From assembly GCA_028686075.1 (NCBI GenBank), contig JAQUCT010000001.1, positions 9,953 through 73,952 on the forward strand: a DNA stretch of 64,000 bases, read 5' to 3'. Made by a program: the position numbers and the translations under genes. Positions 9,173 through 18,654 of this stretch are shown here, one piece after another; the first letter of the stretch is position 1; each line of letters opens with the position of its first letter. Below the pieces are notes generated by a model. That model saw only the letters and a program-made list of their open reading frames with translations. It made no database searches and was not told the DNA's origin. This DNA is from Bacillota bacterium (GTDB lineage Bacteria; Bacillota; Clostridia; Ch29).

Positions 9173-9368
9173 GAATGTGAAAACAATTTTTGGTGCACCT
9201 TAACGCAGGCCGGATGGAGCTGGCGAGGTGTAGTCCAATACTGGAATGGCAATTATTTCTGCAGATGGTTTTGTGAGATGCGTTAAGGGGTGACCGGTTT
9301 AAACCACCGGCAGACCTGTTCCAGAAGGATTAAATGCATTAAGATTCCCTTCCCCGCCGCCTGTGTCC

Positions 9369-10490
9369 TTAAAAACCCTCCGGCCTTAAGGTAAGAGCCA
9401 CTTTCTTATTTATTACCCTGCCGTCCCTTTTTAGAGATATATCGACCTTCCCTGGCCGGTCAATGCCAAACAGTATGCTCCTCATCTTTACCATTGAATC
9501 AACTGGCTGGCCGTCCAGTTCCAATATAATGTCCCCTTCCCTTATCCCGGCATCGCCAGCGGGAGTATTTTTGTGTACCTTAACTACGTATATTCCTTTT
9601 TGTATGTCAATATCGGTATTATAATAACCGGCTATTTCCCTGTCGTATCCGTCTATGCCCAGGTACATGGGACGGAAAAACCCCTTGTCCACAACCTGTT
9701 TTATTATAGGCTTTGCAATGTTTATGGGCACCGCAAAACCTATGCCCTCAGCGTCCGATGCCTTAGCTGAGTTTATACCAATAACCTGGCCCCTGGCGTT
9801 TAGCAGTGGCCCGCCGCTGTTGCCGGGGTTAATGGAAGCATCGGTCTGAAGCAAGTCCTCCATTATAACCTCCTGGGCTTCCGAGCCAACCGTAAGCGAC
9901 CTGTTCAGGGCACTAACCACGCCGGAGGTTACCGTCCTCTGGAACCTAAGCCCTAAGGGGCTGCCTATGGCTATCGCGATATCCCCGATAGCCACCTCGT
10001 CGGAATCCCCCAGCTCCGCTTTGGGCAACCCAACGGCGTCCACCCTTATTATAGCCAGGTCCAGGGCTGCGTCCTGCCACAGCACCACCGCAGACATTTC
10101 CTGCCCGTTTTCGAAGAGTACGTTAATCTCCCTTGCTTTGTTACCCACAACATGGTCGTTTGTAAGTATGTACCCGTCGGATTGGACAATAACCCCCGAA
10201 CCAATACCCCTTACCTCAGTGGGGTTGAATATCTCGTCTCTTTTTATCTCTACTGTAACGATTGAAACTACCGTTTCAATGTTCTTTTCCGCCACCGCCC
10301 TTACAATACCCGGGCTCTCTCCCTTCGGGTACACGATCCTGTCCGATTGCTGGCCGTCCCCCTGCCTCTCATACTGGATTGGCCTTTGCTGTACCCTTCC
10401 ACTCGTCCCTCCTATGGTCCCGCCCACAGCACCAGCTATCAACGCCACAATTATGTAGGGATATAACCTTGCATTCCATGCCTTTGACAT
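9369..10490 (-). CDS. htrA: HtrA/DegP-family trypsin-like serine protease with PDZ domain (YyxA-like)
   Basis: N-terminal TM, catalytic triad context (TNDHVV, D, GNSGGPLLN) and a C-terminal PDZ domain. The start overlaps the yycJ stop (TGATG). Confidence 0.85.
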   Translation of the reverse strand: MSKAWNARLYPYIIVALIAGAVGGTIGGTSGRVQQRPIQYERQGDGQQSDRIVYPKGESPGIVRAVAEKNIETVVSIVTVEIKRDEIFNPTEVRGIGSGVIVQSDGYILTNDHVVGNKAREINVLFENGQEMSAVVLWQDAALDLAIIRVDAVGLPKAELGDSDEVAIGDIAIAIGSPLGLRFQRTVTSGVVSALNRSLTVGSEAQEVIMEDLLQTDASINPGNSGGPLLNARGQVIGINSAKASDAEGIGFAVPINIAKPIIKQVVDKGFFRPMYLGIDGYDREIAGYYNTDIDIQKGIYVVKVHKNTPAGDAGIREGDIILELDGQPVDSMVKMRSILFGIDRPGKVDISLKRDGRVINKKVALTLRPEGF

Positions 10491-11302
10491 CAGTATACCT
10501 CCTGGTCGGTTATGGTATATATCCTACTTATTTTATCCCTGAAGGACAGGTCAATATTCATTTCCCTCCCCACCTCTATTCCCTGCTGCATCAATATGCC
10601 CTTCACCGTCTCAAGAGCCAGCAGGGGATAATTGTTTTCCTTGCTGAGGTGCCCCAAAAGCACCGCCTTTGTGTTTTGGCCCGCAAGCCTTAATAGGGCG
10701 GCCCCTGCGTCCTCGTTTGAAAGGTGCCCCCTTTCTCCCGCTATCCTCCTTTTGAGATACCATGGATAGGACCCCACCATCAGCATTTCGGTATCGTGGT
10801 TTGATTCTAGCATTATGAAACTACTGCCCTTAAACTCCTTTTCCACAGCAGGGGTTACGCAGCCAAGGTCGTTTGCCACCGCTATCTTTACCCTGCCTGC
10901 ACAAAAAGTAAAACCCACAGGGTCGGCCGCATCGTGGGAAACGGGATAGGGTTTAACACACAAATCAGCTATATTAAACTCCTCGTCGGTATTGAATTCT
11001 CTAATATTTTTCGGGGAAATCTTCCCGATACCCTCCGCCATTGCCTGCCAGGTAAGGGAATTTGCATAGATGGGTATGTCAAACCGGCGGCTTAACACCC
11101 CCACACCGCTTGTATGATCGATATGGTCATGGGTCACAAGAATGGCCGTCACCGACCGGGGCGACTCTTCTATCTGCCCCATTAGCTTTTCTACTCTTTT
11201 GCCACTAAGACCCGCATCCACCAGCACCGATGTTTTCCCCGTCGCCAAAAACAGGCAGTTGCCGCTGCTGCCGCTGGATAATGCGCAAAATTTTATAGTC
11301 AT
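10490..11302 (-). CDS. yycJ: MBL-fold metallo-hydrolase (YycJ/WalJ-like)
   Basis: Metallo-beta-lactamase motif HDHIDHTSG; lies in the wal operon immediately upstream of htrA, as in other Firmicutes. Confidence 0.8.
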   Translation of the reverse strand: MTIKFCALSSGSSGNCLFLATGKTSVLVDAGLSGKRVEKLMGQIEESPRSVTAILVTHDHIDHTSGVGVLSRRFDIPIYANSLTWQAMAEGIGKISPKNIREFNTDEEFNIADLCVKPYPVSHDAADPVGFTFCAGRVKIAVANDLGCVTPAVEKEFKGSSFIMLESNHDTEMLMVGSYPWYLKRRIAGERGHLSNEDAGAALLRLAGQNTKAVLLGHLSKENNYPLLALETVKGILMQQGIEVGREMNIDLSFRDKISRIYTITDQEVY

Positions 11303-11332
11303 AAAAACCCCCAGAATAGCTTTTAAGCCCGG

Positions 11333-12592
11333 TTAATACTTAATCCTTTTTATTTCCGCTCCAAGGGAAGCGAGCTTCCCCTCCAGGTTCTCATAGCCCC
11401 GGTCTATATGGAACAGGTTATTTATTTCCGTCTGCCCCTTAGCCATAAGCCCCGCAATAACTAAAGCTGCGCCGGCCCTCAAATCGGTTGCACTTACATT
11501 GGAGCCGCTTAGGTCCCTAATGCCCTCTATTACCGCGACCCGGCCCTCAACCTTTATATCGGCACCCATCCTCTTTAACTCGTCCACATGCCTGAAGCGG
11601 CCCTCCCAGATGCTCTCGGTAATCATGCTGGTGCCCTCCGCCTGAGTGAGCATGGACGTTATGGGCTGCTGAAGGTCGGTGGGGAACCCCGGATAGGGAA
11701 GGGTCTTTATATCCACGCATTTTGGTCTTCCTTTGCTTATCACCCTTACGGAATCTCCGTTAAACTGCACCTCAACCCCCATTTCAGTCAACTTGGCCGC
11801 AATGGAATCCAGGTGCTTGGGTATTACGTTCTCTATAACTACATCTCCCCCCGGTATGGCCGCTGCTGCTATCATATAAGTTCCGGCCTCAATCTGGTCG
11901 GGTATTACCATATAGGTACTCCCGTGCATACTTTCCACGCCTCTTATTTTGATTACATCGGTACCCGCTCCTTTAACGTCGGCACCCATTGAATTAAGAA
12001 AGTTTGCCACGTCCACCACATGGGGTTCCTTGGCCACGTTTTCCAGTACCGTTGTGCCCTCCGCCATGGTGGCGGCTATCATAAGATTTATGGTGGCCCC
12101 TACACTTACAACGTCTAGGAATATATGGCTGCCGACAAGCCTGTCCGCCTTAAGGTTTATCATTCCATGTTCTATCTCCACCTCCGCCCCCAGGGCCCTA
12201 AAACCTTTTACGTGCTGGTCTATGGGTCGCAAGCCTATATCACAGCCGCCGGGGTACGCCATGGAAACCTCCTTAAAACGAGCAAGAAGTGCCCCCAACA
12301 GGTAATAGGATGCTCTCAGTTCCTTCACCTTGCCGTTGGTGATATGGAGGTGGTTCAAATCAGAGGAATCAATTTCCAGGGTACCGTTCTCGTCCTCCCG
12401 TACCTTGGCACCCATCTGCTCTAGTATCTCCATTAAGACCTTTACATCTCTTATTAAGGGCAGATTCTCCAAAACGCATCTATCATTCGCAAGCAGGGCT
12501 GCCGGTATAAGTGCCACAGTCGCATTTTTTGCTCCACTCACCGACACATGTCCTACCAACGGTTTGCCACCATTAATCAAAAGCTTCTCCAC
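11333..12592 (-). CDS. murA: UDP-N-acetylglucosamine 1-carboxyvinyltransferase MurA
   Basis: Full-length similarity to MurA including the active-site loop PGGCDIG (Cys present). GTG start at 12592 with GGGAG RBS. Confidence 0.9.
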   Translation of the reverse strand: MEKLLINGGKPLVGHVSVSGAKNATVALIPAALLANDRCVLENLPLIRDVKVLMEILEQMGAKVREDENGTLEIDSSDLNHLHITNGKVKELRASYYLLGALLARFKEVSMAYPGGCDIGLRPIDQHVKGFRALGAEVEIEHGMINLKADRLVGSHIFLDVVSVGATINLMIAATMAEGTTVLENVAKEPHVVDVANFLNSMGADVKGAGTDVIKIRGVESMHGSTYMVIPDQIEAGTYMIAAAAIPGGDVVIENVIPKHLDSIAAKLTEMGVEVQFNGDSVRVISKGRPKCVDIKTLPYPGFPTDLQQPITSMLTQAEGTSMITESIWEGRFRHVDELKRMGADIKVEGRVAVIEGIRDLSGSNVSATDLRAGAALVIAGLMAKGQTEINNLFHIDRGYENLEGKLASLGAEIKRIKY

Positions 12593-12730
12593 ACCGCCGT
12601 AACTCCCTTCTGATTGTCCTGAAATATATTATATCATAAATGCCATGTTAACCAATGAAAATATAGTATTCAACAAATAACAATAAATTCCTGCCAATAT
12701 CATAAAATAGCCTAATTACTAAAATACATA

Positions 12731-12932
12731 AGGCTTCATGAAACGGAAGCGCATGCTCAAAATGGTTTAGCAAGGAAACTCGCTGAAGCTTCGCAGAAAA
12801 ACCGTAGGCCTGGCAGAACGCCAGGCCAGGCTTTTGCGCCATGGAGGGCGCATAAAATGCGTTAGGTTTTTCAAGAAGCAAGGCTAAAGTTTCCTCTAAA
12901 GCATTTTTGCAAAAGCGGGTATTCATGAAGCC
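12731..12932. repeat. Intergenic repeat family 2, long copy (about 200 bp) with 11-bp terminal inverted repeats GGCTTCATGAA / TTCATGAAGCC and an internal hairpin-rich insert
   Basis: The sequence aggcttcatgaaacg-aagcgca-gct-aaaatggtttagcaagg ... ttccctctaaagcatttttgca-aa-cgggtattcatgaagcct is shared with 46357..46451. This copy carries about 105 extra bp containing three short hairpins (gaagcttc, cctggcagaacgccaggcc, gcgccatggagggcgc). Confidence 0.8.
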
Positions 12933-12980
12933 TAATTGCATTTGTCTGCAATATGAAACCTGTTTTTGTAAATAGGCTCC

Positions 12981-13832
12981 TTATTTGCTTATTTGCCCTG
13001 AGAGTGCATTTACATAATACGCTTCCCCGTCGACGCATATACGCCACGCCGGGAACGCCTCCCCTTCCCGGGCTGTCTTCCAATCGAAATAATGCACCAG
13101 CCTTATGCTGTCTATCTCCACCGGCACCCTTTTCAGTATCTCTTTTTGTCCCGCCACCTTTATCAGCGCATCAACGGCGTGGGATATCTTTTTCCTGCTC
13201 CTTTCCGCCTTAACCGGATCAAGCCACAGCATATGCATGGAATTCACGCCACCGGAAGTGACCTCCATTTCCACAACGCTTACCTCCAGCAGTTTGTCCT
13301 TATACTTCTGCAGGAAGGACAGCAAATACCCGTCCCCGTTGGGAACAACGCTGTCAATGGTCATTGTGGGTTTGTATAAGCCGTTCTCCCTAAGATAGTT
13401 CTCGGCTATGTCAACCGCCTGCTCCTCAGTCAGATTCCCCTTAGGCTGATTCCGAAGACTAAGATTATTATAGAATACTTCCCGGTTGTTTTTTATCTCC
13501 AACACTATTCCGTCTTCCGAGTATCTGATCGAATCCCCCTTAGCCCCGGGAAAAACGTCTTTTCCCTGATAGACTGTCTTAATTAACTCTGCCGCGTCTA
13601 TTTCGGTGTACCTAGCGGTGAGTATTTCATCTGTATATATGTCCCTGGGTATAGGGGTATTAACTTGTATGCCTCTTTGTCCGAGTATTTCCACCACTTC
13701 TCTTATGCTGTCGTCGCTTATCCTTTCGTTGCGGTGGCCGTAATACTTAGCCTCCCAGACGTTATACGCCAAAAATATGTTTGTAATTATGAAGGCCACT
13801 ATCAATATGGTCTTTGCCCTGCCCCAGTCCAT
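12981..13832 (-). CDS. yycI: WalK-regulatory membrane protein YycI-like
   Basis: 283 aa, single N-terminal TM (ILIVAFIITNIFLAYNVW), size and position downstream of yycH as in the walRK-yycHIJ operon. Confidence 0.65.
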   Translation of the reverse strand: MDWGRAKTILIVAFIITNIFLAYNVWEAKYYGHRNERISDDSIREVVEILGQRGIQVNTPIPRDIYTDEILTARYTEIDAAELIKTVYQGKDVFPGAKGDSIRYSEDGIVLEIKNNREVFYNNLSLRNQPKGNLTEEQAVDIAENYLRENGLYKPTMTIDSVVPNGDGYLLSFLQKYKDKLLEVSVVEMEVTSGGVNSMHMLWLDPVKAERSRKKISHAVDALIKVAGQKEILKRVPVEIDSIRLVHYFDWKTAREGEAFPAWRICVDGEAYYVNALSGQISK

Positions 13833-13850
13833 AACCTAAACCCCCAGATT

Positions 13851-15254
13851 CTATTCTACCAGTCTTCCCTCATAGGCGTCCACTATAAACGCCCTGTCTT
13901 CGGTCTTAATGTGCCAAACAGGGAACGCCCGGTACTCTTTGGTTCCTTCGGTATCAATACAATATCCCAGGTACATATCCAGAATAACAGGAAGGCTTTT
14001 CGTCTCACTAGCTCCGCCTATGGCCCCCGCCACCACGTCGGCGGCCTCCACGGGGTACAAAAGTGGTTTCTGGACTATCCTTGCCTTGGTTATATGATGG
14101 ATGTTCCGGGTATACTTAACCACTTTCCCTTCCACCACCGTAACCTCAATGGCACTGGTTTCAAGGTCACCCCTGCGGAAAAATGGTAGTCCGTTATAGG
14201 CATAATTAAACTTTAATAGGTGGCCGCGGTAATCGTTTTCAATCACCTCCCGTATTTCCTCCAGGTATGACTGTTCAGGCATGCCACCGTGAACGTTTAT
14301 AAATTTAAGGGCTGCGTCTATGGCACTGTTTATATCCGTACGGTTTTTGTCTCCGCCGGCATAGCTATAAACCATATATTCCATGAATCCGGAGCTGTCT
14401 ATCCTAAGCAGCGCACTCTGGCTGTCGGTATAAATGAAGGAGCCGCTCATTTCGGTTATCTTCCTCACCATGGACATGTCGCTGAAAAAACCGGAGGCCT
14501 GGGCATCCAGAATAGCCTGGGCATCGGTATCCAGTTCCTTCACCGCGGTACCCACCGGCAGATTGAATGAGGACATGTCCAGGGGTACATAAAAGCTGCT
14601 GTCCTCGCTGTAGCCTATTTCCCTCAGACTCCAGTATTTTACCGGGTCCCGCTCCTCAAGCCGGTCGGCCAGCCGATTCAGCGAGGCATTAACGTAGGGC
14701 CGTTCCGATTTGTAAACCGCTCCTTTTACCCCGTCGTAAATATAAACTGCCCCGTCACGGCCCAACGATACTATAAGGCCTTTTATACCGGCAATGGGGA
14801 TGCCTTCCCGGGCCTTTCCCCTGCCGAATACTTCCCTGAATATGGATAAATCAAACGCCCATCGATAATCCACCTCAATGGATTTACTCTCTCTGGCTGC
14901 GATCCATTCCTCCAACTGTACCTGCGAAAAAGCTATATCCTGTTCGCTTGTGAAAATGTGTTCCAGTATTTTGGATACTTCCTGATATATTTCAATAAAA
15001 ACCCTTCCGTTTGAAGAATCGTTTATCAGCTTGGTATGCGACTGGCCGCCAAAGTTAACCACTATGTATTGGGGTAAAACAAAACTAGACAGGTCATAGT
15101 CTTCTTTACTATCCTGTCCAGAAAAGGCTTGCTCTTCAGGAATTATCTTATCAATTGGAACGCTGAGCCATAGCTGTGTAGTTAAACCGAAACTGAGAAG
15201 CACAAGCCCTATCAAAATCCAGTTTTTTACCTTCTCTTTGTTCATTAAGACCAA
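13851..15254 (-). CDS. yycH: WalK-regulatory membrane protein YycH-like
   Basis: 467 aa, N-terminal TM (WILIGLVLLSFGLTTQLWL) followed by a large extracytoplasmic domain; sits between walK and yycI. Confidence 0.65.
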   Translation of the reverse strand: MVLMNKEKVKNWILIGLVLLSFGLTTQLWLSVPIDKIIPEEQAFSGQDSKEDYDLSSFVLPQYIVVNFGGQSHTKLINDSSNGRVFIEIYQEVSKILEHIFTSEQDIAFSQVQLEEWIAARESKSIEVDYRWAFDLSIFREVFGRGKAREGIPIAGIKGLIVSLGRDGAVYIYDGVKGAVYKSERPYVNASLNRLADRLEERDPVKYWSLREIGYSEDSSFYVPLDMSSFNLPVGTAVKELDTDAQAILDAQASGFFSDMSMVRKITEMSGSFIYTDSQSALLRIDSSGFMEYMVYSYAGGDKNRTDINSAIDAALKFINVHGGMPEQSYLEEIREVIENDYRGHLLKFNYAYNGLPFFRRGDLETSAIEVTVVEGKVVKYTRNIHHITKARIVQKPLLYPVEAADVVAGAIGGASETKSLPVILDMYLGYCIDTEGTKEYRAFPVWHIKTEDRAFIVDAYEGRLVE

Positions 15255-15281
15255 CTCCGAACCGAGATGGGGACTAACCTT

Positions 15282-15758
15282 TTATTTTATTATCTCTTTT
15301 ATTATATCAAGGAAATTAAAGTTAAGTAGGTTCTGCACCGCTTCCCTTACCTCTTCTTTGCTGGACAGCGTAACCATTCCCTCTATAATCTCCTCTTCAT
15401 CTTCCGGGTTAACCGCCTTTATTACAACCTTGTTGGTACCGTTCTTAAGCTCCACTTCCCGTGCAAAAAAGCCGGTGGGTCCAACCACCAGCCCGGCCTC
15501 CTTACCCGGCTGTATGTATTCCTCCCAATTGTAAACCTCTTCCCCTTCAACCTTTTGCGACACTCTGCTGTAAACCCTCACTTCAATGGAGGTGTCAGCC
15601 TCGGCCCAGCCGGATATTATAATGTTTTTGTTTACCGTCTTAATATCGGTAATAGGCTTAATAAGCTCTACTATGCCGGGGGCTGCCAACACCGGTGTAA
15701 GCATGTTTAATACAAGTATTAAGCTGAGAATAATAACTGGATATACCTTCCTAATCAT
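15282..15758 (-). CDS. Small secreted protein of unknown function embedded in the wal operon
   Basis: 158 aa with a signal peptide (MIRKVYPVIILSLILVLNMLTPVLAAPG) and an acidic C-terminal half; lies in the walK-yycH intergenic gap on the same strand. Confidence 0.5.
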   Translation of the reverse strand: MIRKVYPVIILSLILVLNMLTPVLAAPGIVELIKPITDIKTVNKNIIISGWAEADTSIEVRVYSRVSQKVEGEEVYNWEEYIQPGKEAGLVVGPTGFFAREVELKNGTNKVVIKAVNPEDEEEIIEGMVTLSSKEEVREAVQNLLNFNFLDIIKEIIK

Positions 15759-15885
15759 AGGTCATCCTCCCGGATTGTTGTAACAGGGTAAGTATTTCGA
15801 TACAATACCTCTTGTAAAATTATATCCTAAGTATATTACAGCCGTGTTACAGAAAAATTAAGATATCCTTACAAAAACAGGGCAT

Positions 15886-17664
15886 TTAAGCGGGCAACAG
15901 TATTGTAACCGTTGTACCTTCGCCATGCCGACTGCTTATGCTTATTTCTCCCCCATGGGCCTCTATTATCTGTCGGGCTATCGAAAGCCCCAAGCCGGTG
16001 CCCCCAAGCTCCCTCGCCCTTGACTTGTCTACCCTGTAAAACCTCTCAAAGACTCTGATCATATCGGTCTCGGGAATACCTATTCCGTTATCCCGGACGG
16101 CTATACTTGCCTTTCCGTCGGAATACCCGGTAATTACTTCTATCCTTCCGTTGTCCTTAGTGTATTTAATTGCATTGCTCAGTATATTTAGTACAACCTG
16201 TTCTATTTTATCCTTATCCCCTTCAAAGGGTGGCAGAGGAGCCGTCTTTTTAACGGCAAGGGTATGTCCTTTCTGTTTGATTGGTATGTCCAGCTTTCTA
16301 ACCGTCTCGTCTATTACCTTTTCCAGGTCAAACCAGGTCTTGTTCCACTGGGTCTGCTGATAGTCAAGCTTGGACAAAAGCAGGAGGTCTTTTACCAGCC
16401 GTGTCATGCGCTCTGTCTCGCTGTTAACCACTGACAGAAATTCGGTGGCCAGTTCCCTTTGGTCGATAACCCCCTCCAGCAGTGTCTCCACATAGCTACG
16501 TATGGTGGTAAGGGGAGTCCGGAGTTCGTGGGAAACGTTGGCTACGTACTCCCTCCTCATTGTCTCCAGCCTATGCTGCTCGGTTATGTCCTGGAACACC
16601 AAAATATAGCCCAGGGTTTTCCTTTGCTCGCTCTTGAACGCGGCAGTCTCCATCCTCAGTATTGTGTCCTTTTGGGGAATAATGCTTTCCTGATTGGGCG
16701 GACGTTCTTTAATCCGCTTTATATCCAGGTCTATACCCATCCCGGCAAACATTTTCTCAAGCTTTGTTCCCTGGATATTGCCCTTAATACCCAAAAGTCT
16801 CATAGCGGCAGGATTTATGTGGATTATTTCTCCGTCCACGTTCACCGCTATTACGCCGTCGGTCATATAGGAAAGGATGGATTCCATCTTTCCTTTTTCG
16901 TTTGCTATCTCCCCGAGAGTTATTTTCAGTTTCTGGGTAAGGTAATTGAACATCTGGGTGAGCTGCCCTATTTCATCGGTGGATTTTACCTCCAGCCTGT
17001 GGTCAAAGTCCCCTTCCGCCATCTTTTCCGCCTTCGAGGTAACCTCCTTTATTGGCCCGGTAATGCTCCTTGCCAACAGCGATCCCAGTATAACAGTTAT
17101 AATAAGTGCCAATAGAGTCGCCGATGTCAGAATATTTTTAGCCTTGTCAAGGGTGGCAACCACCCCTGCCATTCCGGCCCTCATATATATTATTTTTTCC
17201 ACCTGTTCCGAATTGTTCTTGACCGGGAAGGCATAATCCATAATATACATCTGCCCGCCTTCGTTTCTTAAAACCTCCGTCTCCTTCCTTCCGGTCAGCG
17301 ACGAATGCAGAACGGTGGGCGGGTCTGTTCCCAAAATATCCGCTATTAAACTTCCGTTTGTCCCCTGGACGTTACTTCCTATAACCAGTCTTTCAGTATT
17401 AAGTACATAGACCTCCCTTATATGGGGGGAAAGGCTTACCTCGTACCATCTTTCTATAATCCTCTGTATGTCCGGAGCACCCACAACGCTTATGCCCCTT
17501 ATCTGAACCGAAAGAATTTGTGCCTCCTTGTCCAGGGTTTCAACAAGGTTTTCCTGGAGGTACTGCTCCATCTGCGTTATTATAATAGCTCCAACTATAA
17601 CCATAGCCAGAAAGACAAGCAGAAAATATATTATTACTATCTTCCATTGAATGCTCTTGAACAT
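15886..17664 (-). CDS. walK: Cell-wall homeostasis sensor histidine kinase WalK (VicK/YycG-like)
   Basis: Two TM helices flanking an extracytoplasmic domain of about 145 aa, then HAMP, PAS, HisKA (SHELRTPLT) and HATPase_c (DNGIGIP, GGTGLGLSI). Lies directly downstream of walR. Confidence 0.85.
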   Translation of the reverse strand: MFKSIQWKIVIIYFLLVFLAMVIVGAIIITQMEQYLQENLVETLDKEAQILSVQIRGISVVGAPDIQRIIERWYEVSLSPHIREVYVLNTERLVIGSNVQGTNGSLIADILGTDPPTVLHSSLTGRKETEVLRNEGGQMYIMDYAFPVKNNSEQVEKIIYMRAGMAGVVATLDKAKNILTSATLLALIITVILGSLLARSITGPIKEVTSKAEKMAEGDFDHRLEVKSTDEIGQLTQMFNYLTQKLKITLGEIANEKGKMESILSYMTDGVIAVNVDGEIIHINPAAMRLLGIKGNIQGTKLEKMFAGMGIDLDIKRIKERPPNQESIIPQKDTILRMETAAFKSEQRKTLGYILVFQDITEQHRLETMRREYVANVSHELRTPLTTIRSYVETLLEGVIDQRELATEFLSVVNSETERMTRLVKDLLLLSKLDYQQTQWNKTWFDLEKVIDETVRKLDIPIKQKGHTLAVKKTAPLPPFEGDKDKIEQVVLNILSNAIKYTKDNGRIEVITGYSDGKASIAVRDNGIGIPETDMIRVFERFYRVDKSRARELGGTGLGLSIARQIIEAHGGEISISSRHGEGTTVTILLPA

Positions 17665-17668
17665 TCAG

Positions 17669-18364
17669 CTAAACCCTCCTGAAATAGTAACCTACACCAC
17701 GCTTTGTAATGATGTATTTGGGATTGCTGGAATCGTCCTCAATCTTTTCCCTGAGGCGGCGTATGGTGACGTCCACCGTCCTTACATCTCCATAATACTC
17801 GTAGCCCCATACGTCCTCAAGCAGGGTTTCCCGTGTGAAAACCTGCTCGGTCTGAGAGGCCAGGTATTTTATCAGTTCAAACTCCCTCAGCGTAAGCTCT
17901 ACGGACTTCCCTTCCTTCCTCACTTCATATTTCGCAAAGTCTATAATAAGATTACCGGATTTGATGCAGTTGTCCAAACCGGGCTCGCTGCCCACGGGTA
18001 TCTCCGCCCTTCTTAAGTTAGCCTTCACCCGCGCCAGAAGTTCCCTGATCCCGAAGGGTTTTGTTATATAGTCATCGGCACCTAACTCCAGGCCCAGGAC
18101 CTTGTCCACTTCCTCTTCCTTTGCCGTAAGCATAATAATTGGCGTCTGAATGCTCTGCCTTATCTTCTTGCATACCGAAAACCCGTCAATTTTAGGCAGC
18201 ATAATGTCCAAAAGAATCAAATCGGGGTTTTCCCTCTGGGTCTTCTCGATGGCCTCCTGGCCATCGTAGGCCAATTCAACCGTATAACCCTCCTTTTCAA
18301 GGTTGAACTTCAGAATGTCGGCTATTGGCTTTTCATCGTCCACAACCAGTATTTTTTTATTCAT
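17669..18364 (-). CDS. walR: OmpR-family response regulator WalR (VicR/YycF-like)
   Basis: Receiver domain (VVDDE...D...LDIMLP...K) and a winged-helix OmpR/PhoB C-terminal domain; first gene of the wal operon. Confidence 0.85.
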   Translation of the reverse strand: MNKKILVVDDEKPIADILKFNLEKEGYTVELAYDGQEAIEKTQRENPDLILLDIMLPKIDGFSVCKKIRQSIQTPIIMLTAKEEEVDKVLGLELGADDYITKPFGIRELLARVKANLRRAEIPVGSEPGLDNCIKSGNLIIDFAKYEVRKEGKSVELTLREFELIKYLASQTEQVFTRETLLEDVWGYEYYGDVRTVDVTIRRLREKIEDDSSNPKYIITKRGVGYYFRRV

Positions 18365-18654
18365 AATAGCATCACCTCAAAAGGTTATTATTTAGTAATT
18401 ATACCTGCAAAGCCTTTTTCCTCCCTGTTCGGACTAATTATAACAGAATCGGGAGGTTTGTCCCATGCTTTTTAGGACGTGTGCCCCGATAAAAATAAAC
18501 CGCAATTCCTATAGACTTTTGTCACATTTTGGTTAAAATAGTAGCTAGATGAGGCCATTTGTTGGCTGACATCGAACAGTGCAAGTGGAATCAGTAAGAT
18601 CCCCCAATCAATCCCCAATTTTGATATGCACGGGTCCCCCAACCCTTGCATACT

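Noticed and set aside
12648-13083. Two small ORFs (97 aa and 70 aa) between murA and yycI
   Set aside because: Both lie entirely inside the repeat-family-2 element (TIR-bounded, duplicated at 46357..46451). Their reading frames are created by the repeat and have no RBS.
16459-17115. 218-aa ORF antisense to walK (also 53239..54297 antisense to mnmE, 22313..23062 antisense to the M23 gene, 37570..38487 spanning ssb/rpsF on the opposite strand)
   Set aside because: All are long shadow ORFs opposite strongly supported conserved genes. No RBS, no domain signatures, low-complexity translations.
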